Shown here: positions 9,189 to 17,251 of the stretch, one piece after another
Layout: every line of letters begins with the position of its first letter
Numbering within the stretch: the first letter of the stretch is position 1
Origin: a virus
Taxonomy: Duplodnaviria > Caudoviricetes
Direction: 5' to 3' (one strand)
Length of the DNA: 64,000 nt
IMG/VR virus record: IMGVR_UViG_3300037067_027602
Coordinates: 1-64,000 of that record
The notes under the pieces: generated by a model
What the model was told of the DNA's origin: nothing
Database searches by the model: none
The model's input: only the letters and a program-made list of their open reading frames with translations
Program-made: the position numbers and the translations under genes

Positions 9189-9440
9189 ATGGATATGCAG
9201 GGATTGAACGATTTCACGGCAGCGCCACGTCCCTACAAAGAAAGCTTGTTGCCGGCCGCCGCCCTCGTCGATTTTGCCGGGGAAGCCAGGCGGATGGGGA
9301 TTGTGGATTGGCGTTACCGCTATTACATGTCCAGGGCGCACCGGGCGATGAGGTGGTTGTCCAAGGTGCCGGGGAACGAACCTGCGCCGTTCGGGAACGA
9401 GTTCGGGGTTTATGGTGTTTCTTTATTGAAAGGGAATTGA
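9189..9440 (+). CDS. Hypothetical protein
   Basis: ATG after aaaccaaaccagggga; ends 2 nt before the methylase. Confidence 0.55.
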   Translation: MDMQGLNDFTAAPRPYKESLLPAAALVDFAGEARRMGIVDWRYRYYMSRAHRAMRWLSKVPGNEPAPFGNEFGVYGVSLLKGN

Positions 9441-9442
9441 GA

Positions 9443-10540
9443 ATGGGGAAAGAATTCAAGGTTTTATCGTTGTTCTCCGGCTGCGGCGGGATGGATTTGG
9501 GGTTCGAGGGCGGCTTCGACCTGCCCCATCTCGGCCGGTCCTATGAGAAGCTGCCGTTCAGCACGGTCTTTGCGTGCGATATCCTGCCCGGGGCGAAGAA
9601 GGTCTGGGAGGAGAATTTCCGGCGGCAGGCCTACTGGGGGGCAAACGTCGGCAACCACGACATCTTCCGCCTGGGCAGCGTCGTCGACCTTGTCAAGGCC
9701 GAGTGGCGGGGGGAGGAGTGTTTCCCCAGCGATGTAGACGTGGTGACGGGCGGTTTTCCTTGCTCGCAGTTTTCCATCAGCGGCAAAAGAAAGGGGTTCG
9801 ATTCCGGCAAAGGGCATAACGGAGGCAAGACCGACAAATCCATAGAGAGCGTCGGCAAATTGCACCATTGGATGGCCGAGGTCTTGAAGATCGTCAAGCC
9901 GAAGGTCTTCGTCGCCGAGAACGTCGACGGCCTGCTCTCCATGCCCAGGGAGCTGGACGAGATAACCTCCGAGTTCCATTCCCTCGGCTACGCCGTGACC
10001 GTCAACCAGGTGGACGCCGCCCAATGGGGCGTCCCGCAGTCCAGGAAGCGGTTGATATTCATCGGGCACCGTGACAAAGCGGGGAGCCGCTTCGTCCATA
10101 TGCCGCCCCCGGACGGCCGTTTCCTGCCGGCTTCCATGGCCTTCAAGGGGCTCTTGGAGCCCGGGGAGAGCGGCGACCCCGACCAGATGGCGTTCTCGGG
10201 GGCGAAATTCCACGGGCCGCACTGCCAGGGCGACACGGAGGTGGACCCACGGAAGCCCGGGCCAACCATCCGCGCCGAGCACCATGGCAACATCCAGTTC
10301 CGCAGGTTGTCCGTGGGGCACGGCGGCAAGAACTTCGAGGATCTGGAGCGCGGGCTGCCCGAACGCCGGATGAGCGTCAGGGAGTGCTTGCGGATACAGG
10401 GCTTCCCGGACAATTTCAAGATGACGCCGACGGTCTCCCCCTCCATGGCCTACGTCCTGGTCGGGGGCGCCGTCCCGCCGCCGCTGGCGCACGCCGTGGC
10501 GAAGACGTTGATCCCATATCTGGAGGCCTCCCATGCGTAA
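9443..10540 (+). CDS. DNA (cytosine-5) methyltransferase
   Basis: LFSGCGG, GGFPC, ENV, QSRKR, R.QGFPD, G.AVPP; TIRAEHHGNI segment recalls BepI-like enzymes (from memory, unverified). Confidence 0.93.
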   Translation: MGKEFKVLSLFSGCGGMDLGFEGGFDLPHLGRSYEKLPFSTVFACDILPGAKKVWEENFRRQAYWGANVGNHDIFRLGSVVDLVKAEWRGEECFPSDVDVVTGGFPCSQFSISGKRKGFDSGKGHNGGKTDKSIESVGKLHHWMAEVLKIVKPKVFVAENVDGLLSMPRELDEITSEFHSLGYAVTVNQVDAAQWGVPQSRKRLIFIGHRDKAGSRFVHMPPPDGRFLPASMAFKGLLEPGESGDPDQMAFSGAKFHGPHCQGDTEVDPRKPGPTIRAEHHGNIQFRRLSVGHGGKNFEDLERGLPERRMSVRECLRIQGFPDNFKMTPTVSPSMAYVLVGGAVPPPLAHAVAKTLIPYLEASHA

Positions 10541-11369
10541 GCTGCTGTTTGCCTTGCTGGCCGCCCAGGCGCTCATCGCCGCCTTCTGCCTCCTCTCCCC
10601 TTTCCTCCCCCGCGGGCGGGGATCGGAGACTGTGGAGCTACCCCGCTCCTTCGAAGGCGAGTGGACGCTGGATTTCTGGGCCTACGACAAAGAAAACATG
10701 GAATGGCACCACCGCTGCTTCGTCAGGGCTCGCAGGAATTACGGCCGGCTGTCATGCCCCGCCCTCCGCCTGGGCGTGCAGCTGCCGGTCGAGCTCGTCG
10801 CAGAACGCCCTGGCGGCGTCCACCGAGGTGAACGGCTTGGAGTCCATGCCGCCGACGGGGGTGTCCACCATGGCGGCGGTCTCACCGTCCCACGAGAAGC
10901 AGAAACCGCACCGGCCATACCCGGGATGGGATATCGGCCTGGCATGGTATTCGAACCCCTCCCCGGCGGGGACGACCCGCCAGATCCAAGCGGGAGCTTC
11001 TTCCGAGGCGTCCTGGACGACCCCCTCCTTCCCAATGGGCGGAGGGTCATCCGGGACTTCGCTGGCGGGGGGGGGCGCCGCGTATTCCATAGGGACGGTT
11101 TTCCCGCCGGAGGATTCCGTGGACGTGCATTCCAGGGTGGCGTGGATCGACATGCCCCCGTCGAACGACACGGAGGCCAGCTTCGTCCCCGCCGACCAGG
11201 GAAACCTCTTGTTCGAGGTGTTGATCAGCATAAGGGCGTTCGACCCGCCGTTCGACCTCATCCCGGCCACTACCACCCCGCGCTCGAGCAGGCTCCAGTC
11301 CGTGGCCAAATTGGAGAACGGCCCGGCGGGGCACCCCTCCGGGGGGTCGAAGGGCACGGAAACCCTTGA
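10533..11369 (+). CDS. Signal-peptide or membrane hypothetical protein; only the N-terminal ~75 aa look genuinely coding
   Basis: Hydrophobic N-terminus MRKLLFALLAAQALIAAFCLLSPF; the rest overlaps the antisense gene. Confidence 0.4.
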   Translation: MRKLLFALLAAQALIAAFCLLSPFLPRGRGSETVELPRSFEGEWTLDFWAYDKENMEWHHRCFVRARRNYGRLSCPALRLGVQLPVELVAERPGGVHRGERLGVHAADGGVHHGGGLTVPREAETAPAIPGMGYRPGMVFEPLPGGDDPPDPSGSFFRGVLDDPLLPNGRRVIRDFAGGGGRRVFHRDGFPAGGFRGRAFQGGVDRHAPVERHGGQLRPRRPGKPLVRGVDQHKGVRPAVRPHPGHYHPALEQAPVRGQIGERPGGAPLRGVEGHGNP

Positions 11370-11462
11370 GTTGGGCTTGACGTCCCCGGGGGACGACGCC
11401 TTCAAATCAATCCCGCCGGCCAAGCCGACTTCCCTAGCATAGCCAATTTTCTCGTCAGGCAT
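10752..11462 (-). CDS. Degenerate dUTPase-like domain plus unknown C-terminal domain
   Basis: AGGIDLKA (motif I-like), VKPNSRVSVP; other dUTPase motifs not clearly present. Confidence 0.5.
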   Translation of the reverse strand: MPDEKIGYAREVGLAGGIDLKASSPGDVKPNSRVSVPFDPPEGCPAGPFSNLATDWSLLERGVVVAGMRSNGGSNALMLINTSNKRFPWSAGTKLASVSFDGGMSIHATLECTSTESSGGKTVPMEYAAPPPASEVPDDPPPIGKEGVVQDASEEAPAWIWRVVPAGEGFEYHARPISHPGYGRCGFCFSWDGETAAMVDTPVGGMDSKPFTSVDAARAFCDELDRQLHAQAEGGA

Positions 11463-12204
11463 TTCCTTTTTCCTTTCTATTGAGTTGTTCCAGATCTTCG
11501 AAACGTTCCTCCGTGAATCCGACGAAGTCCATCATGTCTTCTCGAACGGAGGAGATGCTTTCCACCCGCACCACCCCTTGGTAGACTAGAGCCACCCTGG
11601 TTTTTTCCCCATCTTCGCAGACGAGCCATAGGCCTTTGCCGTGAGGCGACTCGGCCGAAATAAGGGCTTTGGAATAGATGGCGGCCGCATAGGGCTCCCA
11701 GGGGGCAGTATCCAAATATGAACGCACGCTCCTCGTTGCCTTCTTTTTGTCAACTAGAACCCAATTCAGCTTACATTTGGATTTCTTCTCCTCGACATAC
11801 ATCCCGAAGAGGTACTGGCCGAGCGGGTTCCCCTCTTTCATGCTCTCGGGGCGGTCGTCGAGTTCCTTCGGCAGCAGCCCGGACTTGATGGCCAGATACG
11901 TCCAGGTGTAGACGACGGCGTTCCACAGCATGGCGGCGAGATGGTTCTCGTCGGTCACGCCGCACTTGTGCCAGAACAGGTGCCGCTCGATGGACGCCAT
12001 GGTCCGCATCAAGGGGATTCCCTTCTCGAAGTTACGCTCGCCGTATTTGTCCGCCCCCGCCCCGAAATGCGCCCCGAGGAACAGCTGCACCGCCGGCGGG
12101 ATCAAGTCCGGGCGCGGCTTGCCGGTCTGGGTGTCGCGGACGGCTCCGGTGCTGAAATCCTGGCGCTGGCCGCTGTCCTTGATCGTCTGGTTGATTTCGC
12201 TCAT
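11455..12204 (-). CDS. dATP/dGTP diphosphohydrolase domain (DUF5664-like) protein with AT-richer C-terminal extension
   Basis: FSTGAVRD..GKPRPDLIP, GADKYGERNFEKG, RH, HLAAMLWN. Confidence 0.85.
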   Translation of the reverse strand: MSEINQTIKDSGQRQDFSTGAVRDTQTGKPRPDLIPPAVQLFLGAHFGAGADKYGERNFEKGIPLMRTMASIERHLFWHKCGVTDENHLAAMLWNAVVYTWTYLAIKSGLLPKELDDRPESMKEGNPLGQYLFGMYVEEKKSKCKLNWVLVDKKKATRSVRSYLDTAPWEPYAAAIYSKALISAESPHGKGLWLVCEDGEKTRVALVYQGVVRVESISSVREDMMDFVGFTEERFEDLEQLNRKEKGNA

Positions 12205-12324
12205 TTCTGGCTTACCTGCTACTTTCTACCTACGCACAAGTGCGCAGGATTTATAAAATTCCCACTTCTACCAACGGCTCTCCGGCGAACCGAAAAACCG
12301 CCATCCATGGGCATGACTTCCCGG

Positions 12325-13413
12325 CTAGCCGCCGGTAGATGTTATTAGAGACTCCAGGTTCAGAGCGGCGTTCAGGTCGCGGTCGACCACGAAGCCGCAC
12401 GAACCACAACTGAAAACTTTGTCCGACCGTTTCAAGTCCAGATTCAAAGCCCCACAACTTGAGCAGAGCTTGCTGGACTTGTACCAACGGTCGGCTTTCC
12501 TCAGATCCACTTGGTAAGGGATGGCCTTGTAGGACATCATCCCGGCGAACTCCCCGAAGCCCTCGTCCATGACGTATTTGGCTCCCGGATCCTTGTGGAT
12601 CATGCTTGCCACCGACAACGTCTCAATACATACCGCTTGGCTCTCGCGGCAGATAGAGGTGGTCGTCTTCTGGAGGAAATCCCTGCGGACATTGGCTATC
12701 CTCCAGTGGAGTTTGGCCAATTTATCCGCCGCCTTTTTCCGGTTTTTCGACCCTTTCACTTTTCTTGAATGTTCCCTGGACAAATGTTTCAACCGCTTCA
12801 GTTTCTTCCTGAGCGGTTTCGTGGACTGATAGACCGTCCCATTCGACAATGTGACGGACATCCTGACACCTAGGTCGATCCCAACTTCGTTTATCCCGGT
12901 CTTAGGCTTTGTTTCGGCTTTGTCCATATCCACCTGGACAGAAACGAACCAGCGGTCAGCGGTGCGACTAATCACCGCCGATTTAATCTTGCCGTCGAAT
13001 CGAAGCGGTTCTGTCATCTTCACCCATCCCAGACAAGGAACCTTGATCCATTCACCATCCAGTCGGAATTTGTCGTTGGCCATGTAGAATGAATCCTTGG
13101 ACTTCCCTTTCTTCTTGAAGGCCGGATGGTCGGCCTCCTTCTTGAAAAACTTGACGAACGCCGACTGGAGGTTGGCGAAAGGCTGCGCGTTGGCGTCGCG
13201 ATGAACTTCGTCAACCCATGGAAATTGTTCTTTCTTTATTTGGTTGAATTGCTTTTTCAACGCCATGCCAGACGGTTTCCCTCCAGCGATATACTGTTTG
13301 TTCCATTGTTCGAGAGCCCAGTTATAGACGAACCTGGCCGTGCCACAGGCTTGCTTGAAATAAGCCTCCTGTGTAAAATTTGGCTTCAATTGTATCTTGT
13401 GGGCGCGGATCAC
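12325..13413 (-). CDS. tnpB: TnpB (IS607-associated, HTH_OrfB N-terminus)
   Basis: GTARFVYNWAL, VGIDLG, CIETL, SSKLCSSCG, DRDLNAALNL; GTG start overlaps the tnpA stop. Confidence 0.95.
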   Translation of the reverse strand: MIRAHKIQLKPNFTQEAYFKQACGTARFVYNWALEQWNKQYIAGGKPSGMALKKQFNQIKKEQFPWVDEVHRDANAQPFANLQSAFVKFFKKEADHPAFKKKGKSKDSFYMANDKFRLDGEWIKVPCLGWVKMTEPLRFDGKIKSAVISRTADRWFVSVQVDMDKAETKPKTGINEVGIDLGVRMSVTLSNGTVYQSTKPLRKKLKRLKHLSREHSRKVKGSKNRKKAADKLAKLHWRIANVRRDFLQKTTTSICRESQAVCIETLSVASMIHKDPGAKYVMDEGFGEFAGMMSYKAIPYQVDLRKADRWYKSSKLCSSCGALNLDLKRSDKVFSCGSCGFVVDRDLNAALNLESLITSTGG

Positions 13414-14009
13414 TTCGACAAAGCCTCCTTCAACGACTTCCTGTAGTTGCGAAGGCCATAAAGACGGGATGAGAAACAATGGGTTATCGCCATCAAATCC
13501 TGAACCATTTCCTGTTCCGGGCTAAGCTGCTCGTTGTTTAAGACCAACAATTCACAATTGGCTTTGGAACAGATGTGTTCCAACAATGGAAAACCGAACC
13601 TCACCAAACGATCCTTGTGCGCCACTACCAACGTCCTCACCTCGCCAGCCTGCACCCTGTCAACCAATCGGAGGAATTCCTTGCGCTTGAAATTCATCCC
13701 CCCACCAATCTCTTCCACGAACTCCACCCCGGACAGTCCCTTGGCGACGCAGAAATCCTCTATGACCTTGCGTTGATTTTTCAAATCTGGCCGTTGCGCT
13801 TGCGACGACACGCGAATATATGCCACGATGGACCTCCTTCCAATCGTCAGAGGTATTCCAATAAAAGCCAGAAGTTGGGGCTCCGTGTAGAATCTCCTGT
13901 TCGTGGCAGACCGGGATGGAACAAGCCGTCCTTCTCGGTCCCACCGTTGCATCGTCTTGACCGACACCCCAAGACGATTCGCTGCATCTGTGATATTAAA
14001 AGTGTTCAT
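13410..14009 (-). CDS. tnpA: IS607 serine-recombinase transposase
   Basis: MerR-like HTH (AANRLGVSVKTMQRWD), YIRVSS, DRLVRFGF, FSSRLYGLR. Confidence 0.97.
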   Translation of the reverse strand: MNTFNITDAANRLGVSVKTMQRWDREGRLVPSRSATNRRFYTEPQLLAFIGIPLTIGRRSIVAYIRVSSQAQRPDLKNQRKVIEDFCVAKGLSGVEFVEEIGGGMNFKRKEFLRLVDRVQAGEVRTLVVAHKDRLVRFGFPLLEHICSKANCELLVLNNEQLSPEQEMVQDLMAITHCFSSRLYGLRNYRKSLKEALSK

Positions 14010-14053
14010 AATTTAACTATATCACACTTTCGAGTAGTTGTCAAGTACCTAAG

Positions 14054-14305
14054 TCAAATCTCCTCTTTTTTCCTTTCTTCTTCCGGCACCATTCTGAGGA
14101 GGAGCTCGTCGGCCATTCTAATGACCGCAATGGCGCAGCCGGATACCGACTCCAAGAACTCCCTCTTGATTTTATCGGTGTCGTTCGCCACGGCGGCATT
14201 CTGGAACTTCAGGCTTTTGACGTCCTCGAAGAAGACATTAAGGGCAGACGGAGCCATGGCCTTTATCAGCTCGAACCGCCGTTTCTCTTTTTCCGATGGT
14301 GTCAC
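14054..14305 (-). CDS. Hypothetical protein; last codons supplied by the IS607 left end
   Basis: ORF track and junction analysis. Confidence 0.65.
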   Translation of the reverse strand: MTPSEKEKRRFELIKAMAPSALNVFFEDVKSLKFQNAAVANDTDKIKREFLESVSGCAIAVIRMADELLLRMVPEEERKKEEI

Positions 14306-14306
14306 T

Positions 14307-14560
14307 TTAATTTCCTTTCCCCGGGACGGCGGCTCCCCGCGCCCCGAAATAGTTTCCTATCACGAGCATGGCCACACCCAGGAACTCCGGCGACACCGGC
14401 TTCCCCGTGGCATAGCAGAACATCAGCGTCCCCGTGACTCCGGCGGCGATGAAAGCCCTGACGCTGCCTTGCGGCAGCCCCAGGGGTTCGTCCGGGCGCG
14501 TCCACGGAACGCAGGGCGGCTTTTCGTCCCCCCTTTCTCCTGGACAGCGGGTTCAGCCAT
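14307..14560 (-). CDS. Small two-TM membrane protein (holin-like), needing a -1 shift at a G6 run
   Basis: ATG frame MAEPAVQEKGG; -1 frame DEKPPCVPWTRPDEPLGLPQGSVRAFIAAG...VIGNYFGARG...*. Confidence 0.6.
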
Positions 14561-14963
14561 TCTTCTTGGCGGACTTCAGCCCCTCCGAGATGCCGTCCCG
14601 CAGCCCCTTCAAGAACTGGCCGATCTCCTGGCGGTCGAGGGAGTGGACGTCGACCTTGTACTTCTCGGCGGTGGAGGAGACGAAGTCGCAGGCGTAGTCG
14701 ACGGCCTTCTTCGCCATGTCGTTGCCGCCCAGCTGGGCCTTGACGACCTCGGGGATGGAATCGACGCCGCCGTCGACCACCTTGTCGAAAATCTCCTCGT
14801 CCTCCATGGCCCCCCAGACGGCGGCCGCCCCGGAGGCGACGGCGCTGGGCAACCCGGCGCGGCGGTTGAGGTAGAGGCCGATGCCCTTTGTCCCGGCGGT
14901 TTTCCCGATGCGGTAGGCGACGCTCCCGGCGATTTTGCTCTTGATCCACTGGATGCCGAACAT
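14553..14963 (-). CDS. Hypothetical protein
   Basis: RBS aaggag; coding-like composition. Confidence 0.7.
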   Translation of the reverse strand: MFGIQWIKSKIAGSVAYRIGKTAGTKGIGLYLNRRAGLPSAVASGAAAVWGAMEDEEIFDKVVDGGVDSIPEVVKAQLGGNDMAKKAVDYACDFVSSTAEKYKVDVHSLDRQEIGQFLKGLRDGISEGLKSAKKNG

Positions 14964-14964
14964 G

Positions 14965-15036
14965 TCATGTCTCCTTGTTGCTTATGGATTCGCGGAAGCT
15001 CGGAATGACCTCCCGCACGCACTTTAAATTGTCGCA
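14965..15036 (-). pseudogene. Orphaned original 3' end of the GT9-like gene
   Basis: Encodes CDNLKCVREVIPSFRESISNKET*, aligning with the current GT tail CSDLRCVNEVITSFCKYI. Confidence 0.8.
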
Positions 15037-15725
15037 CCGTTCATTCAATCTTACATAAAGTTGAATGTTTACGCTCGTGGGGGGCGGTAGGCTCCCCACC
15101 CCGGAATCGATTCCTGATGTTCATGGCCGCGTTACGGTCGGCGTCCAAGGACGCCCCGCAATGCGGGCAATCGTATCTCTCGCCTTTTCTGGATTCCTTG
15201 CGGACGTTGCCGCAGGACGAGCATTGCTGGCTGCTATATGCCGGATCGACCTTCGCGAACTGAACACGGTTCAGCTCGCAGCGGGAAGACAACCTCCACT
15301 GCAACAGCCTGATATTCCAATTAGCCAATGTTTTTCTAAAGTTTTTGTTGGATTTCCCTCCCTTGCGTTTCATGTCCACCAAGTCCAGGTCTTCCACCAC
15401 CAAGGTGGAAACACCGGACAGGTCGAGTTTGGCCTGGGAAAGATGCGACTTGTCCAGCTTCAGGGTGTAGACCTTCAAGGTCAGGAGGGAACGCCTCTCT
15501 CTGGTGGCCTTGCCCGTGGCTTTGATAGCCGCGTTTTTCTCAAGCCTAAAAATCATCTTAAATCCTTAGGGCAAGATTTTATATATTTACAAAAACTCGT
15601 GATGACTTCATTCACGCATCTTAAATCACTACATCCTTGATGATTATAACAAGGAGAACATGGCAAATGACATTGAACATCTATTCCTAATTCATAACCA
15701 TCATGACGAACAGAACCACTCATAG
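15037..15725 (-). mobile_element. Degenerate TnpB cassette carrying a recoded replacement of its target gene's 3' end
   Basis: AT-rich tract about 15553..15725, coupled tnpB remnant, IS607-like right end ...ttgaatgaacgg; no left end or tnpA recognised. Confidence 0.7.
15041..15556 (-). pseudogene. tnpB: Internally deleted TnpB (N-terminal ~45 aa joined to RuvC-II, Zn ribbon and RuvC-III)
   Basis: VVEDL, YSSQQCSSCG, CPHCG, DADRNAAMNI present; RuvC-I GxDxG absent; 171 aa. Confidence 0.85.
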
Positions 15726-16377
15726 TGCTGTGGTAGCAGATCCAGCGGACCCCGAACGCCTCAGCCAGGTGGATGGCGCCGGAGTCTGTGCCGATGACAA
15801 GCAGCGCCCCGGAGATGGCCTCCGCCAGCAGCTTCCTGGTAGCGTAGCGGGGGTTGAGATAGACGTGCTCGGAGATAACGGAGCCCACTTTGGCGCGCGA
15901 CAGGCACATTTTCATGGCTTCAAGCATGTCCTGGTCCGGAACCTCCCGGCTCTTGCTTGTGGATTTCGTGAACACCAGGACGTCTTTGGGGACGGCCGAG
16001 GAACACCATCTGACGGCGCGGAGGGGGGAGAGGCTGGGGGGGACGGGCAACCCCACCCTCTCCGCCAACTCGACCATCAGCCGCTGCTGGGACTTCGGCC
16101 CCGCCTTGCCCGCGGCCACGAGCTTGTCATGGTTCTCGGGGACGTCATTCATGTTGAAAACGAGGTCGAACCCCGGGACGGACTTCCTCTTGTCCCCGTA
16201 GGGGTGGACCCGCAGCCTTGAGCACGCCACCCCCATGGCGTATTCCAGCCAGCGGTGGTTCTGCTCCATGGTCTCCACCTCGATCCCGTGCCCGGCGTCC
16301 ATGGCGGCGCGCATGAAGGGCAGCATCATGCACAAGTCTCCTATTCCATTGTGGCGGACAAAGAGTACCTTGCTCAT
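15553..16377 (-). CDS. Glycosyltransferase family 9-like protein
   Basis: VRHNGIGDL, IGTDSGAIHLAEAFG, LPCSPC. Confidence 0.85.
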   Translation of the reverse strand: MSKVLFVRHNGIGDLCMMLPFMRAAMDAGHGIEVETMEQNHRWLEYAMGVACSRLRVHPYGDKRKSVPGFDLVFNMNDVPENHDKLVAAGKAGPKSQQRLMVELAERVGLPVPPSLSPLRAVRWCSSAVPKDVLVFTKSTSKSREVPDQDMLEAMKMCLSRAKVGSVISEHVYLNPRYATRKLLAEAISGALLVIGTDSGAIHLAEAFGVRWICYHSTMSGSVRHDGYELGIDVQCHLPCSPCYNHQGCSDLRCVNEVITSFCKYIKSCPKDLR

Positions 16378-16964
16378 GGCAGCCTCCGCAAGATGAATTC
16401 GATGGCGCACTCAACATCGACATGTTCCCACCGTGTCTGGTCCTCGTCGCCGCGGGACAGGTCGTAGTTGTCGTATATCCTCTTGATCGACACGATCTCG
16501 GCCAGATGGGAGAACTCGGCGAGGAACTCCGGCACCACGATGGCCAGGGTGGGAGGAACCTCCCTGGAATGCCGCCACATGGTCTTGTGGTCGTGGTTGA
16601 ACCTGGACGGCCATAGGTATTTCTCGTACATCTTGGCGTCCGGGACGCAGACCACGAGATGGCCTCCGGGCTCCAGTATCCTCAACCAGTTCTGGACGGC
16701 CTCCACAGGATCCCGCATATGTTCCAGGCAATGGCTGGAATGGACGAAGCCAAAAACTCCCCGTCCATAGTTCTCCATTTTCTGGGCGTCGCCGTCCTTG
16801 ATGTCGTGCAGCCTGACGGAGCCCATGCGGGGATAGTCCGGCCGGAAGACCTCTATCCGGCTGTCGCCGCAGCCGACGTCTATCCCCTCGCCGGAGAAAA
16901 CCTTCAGGTATTCCTCCGGGCTCTTGGCCCTGCGGCGCATCGCTTTGGCGGACTCGTCGGCCAT
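16374..16964 (-). CDS. Class I SAM-dependent methyltransferase
   Basis: GIDVGCG, VHSSHCLEH, LEPGGHL. Confidence 0.88.
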   Translation of the reverse strand: MADESAKAMRRRAKSPEEYLKVFSGEGIDVGCGDSRIEVFRPDYPRMGSVRLHDIKDGDAQKMENYGRGVFGFVHSSHCLEHMRDPVEAVQNWLRILEPGGHLVVCVPDAKMYEKYLWPSRFNHDHKTMWRHSREVPPTLAIVVPEFLAEFSHLAEIVSIKRIYDNYDLSRGDEDQTRWEHVDVECAIEFILRRLP

Positions 16965-16966
16965 GG

Positions 16967-17251
16967 TCAGGATCTCCTCTCCCTCAGCTTTTTCGGGGAC
17001 GGCGGGGGCACGAAGTTCAAACATCCATTGACAAACTCAGCGGTCCAAAAAACCACCAGGAACACGAGGATGGACAATTCGAACATCCTCCAGAAACCCG
17101 GAGACTCGAACCTAGTGCCCGCTAACAGGGTCTGCCAGAAAGCGGCCCCCCGGAAGTTAAAATAGAGGACAAGGGAGAGGATTGTGGCGCAGAAGAAGAT
17201 ATCGATCGCCATGCAGATGAGTTTCAGCAGCAAATTGAATATTTTCCTCAT
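16967..17251 (-). CDS. Two-TM membrane protein
   Basis: Two hydrophobic stretches; ATGA overlap with the upstream gene. Confidence 0.65.
   Translation of the reverse strand: MRKIFNLLLKLICMAIDIFFCATILSLVLYFNFRGAAFWQTLLAGTRFESPGFWRMFELSILVFLVVFWTAEFVNGCLNFVPPPSPKKLRERRS

Larger units (their letters stand above)
12215..14061 (-). mobile_element. IS607-family element (serine transposase plus TnpB)
   Basis: tnpA-tnpB pair; AGG at both junctions; excision restores ...KKEVSQK* with ATGA overlap to the gene starting at 12204. Confidence 0.9.

Noticed and set aside
8921-9442. N-terminal extension of the C5 methylase in the ORF track, and similar extended starts at 4446, 5620, 27802, 36522 and 44273
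   Set aside because: Family motifs and RBS or overlap patterns support the downstream starts.
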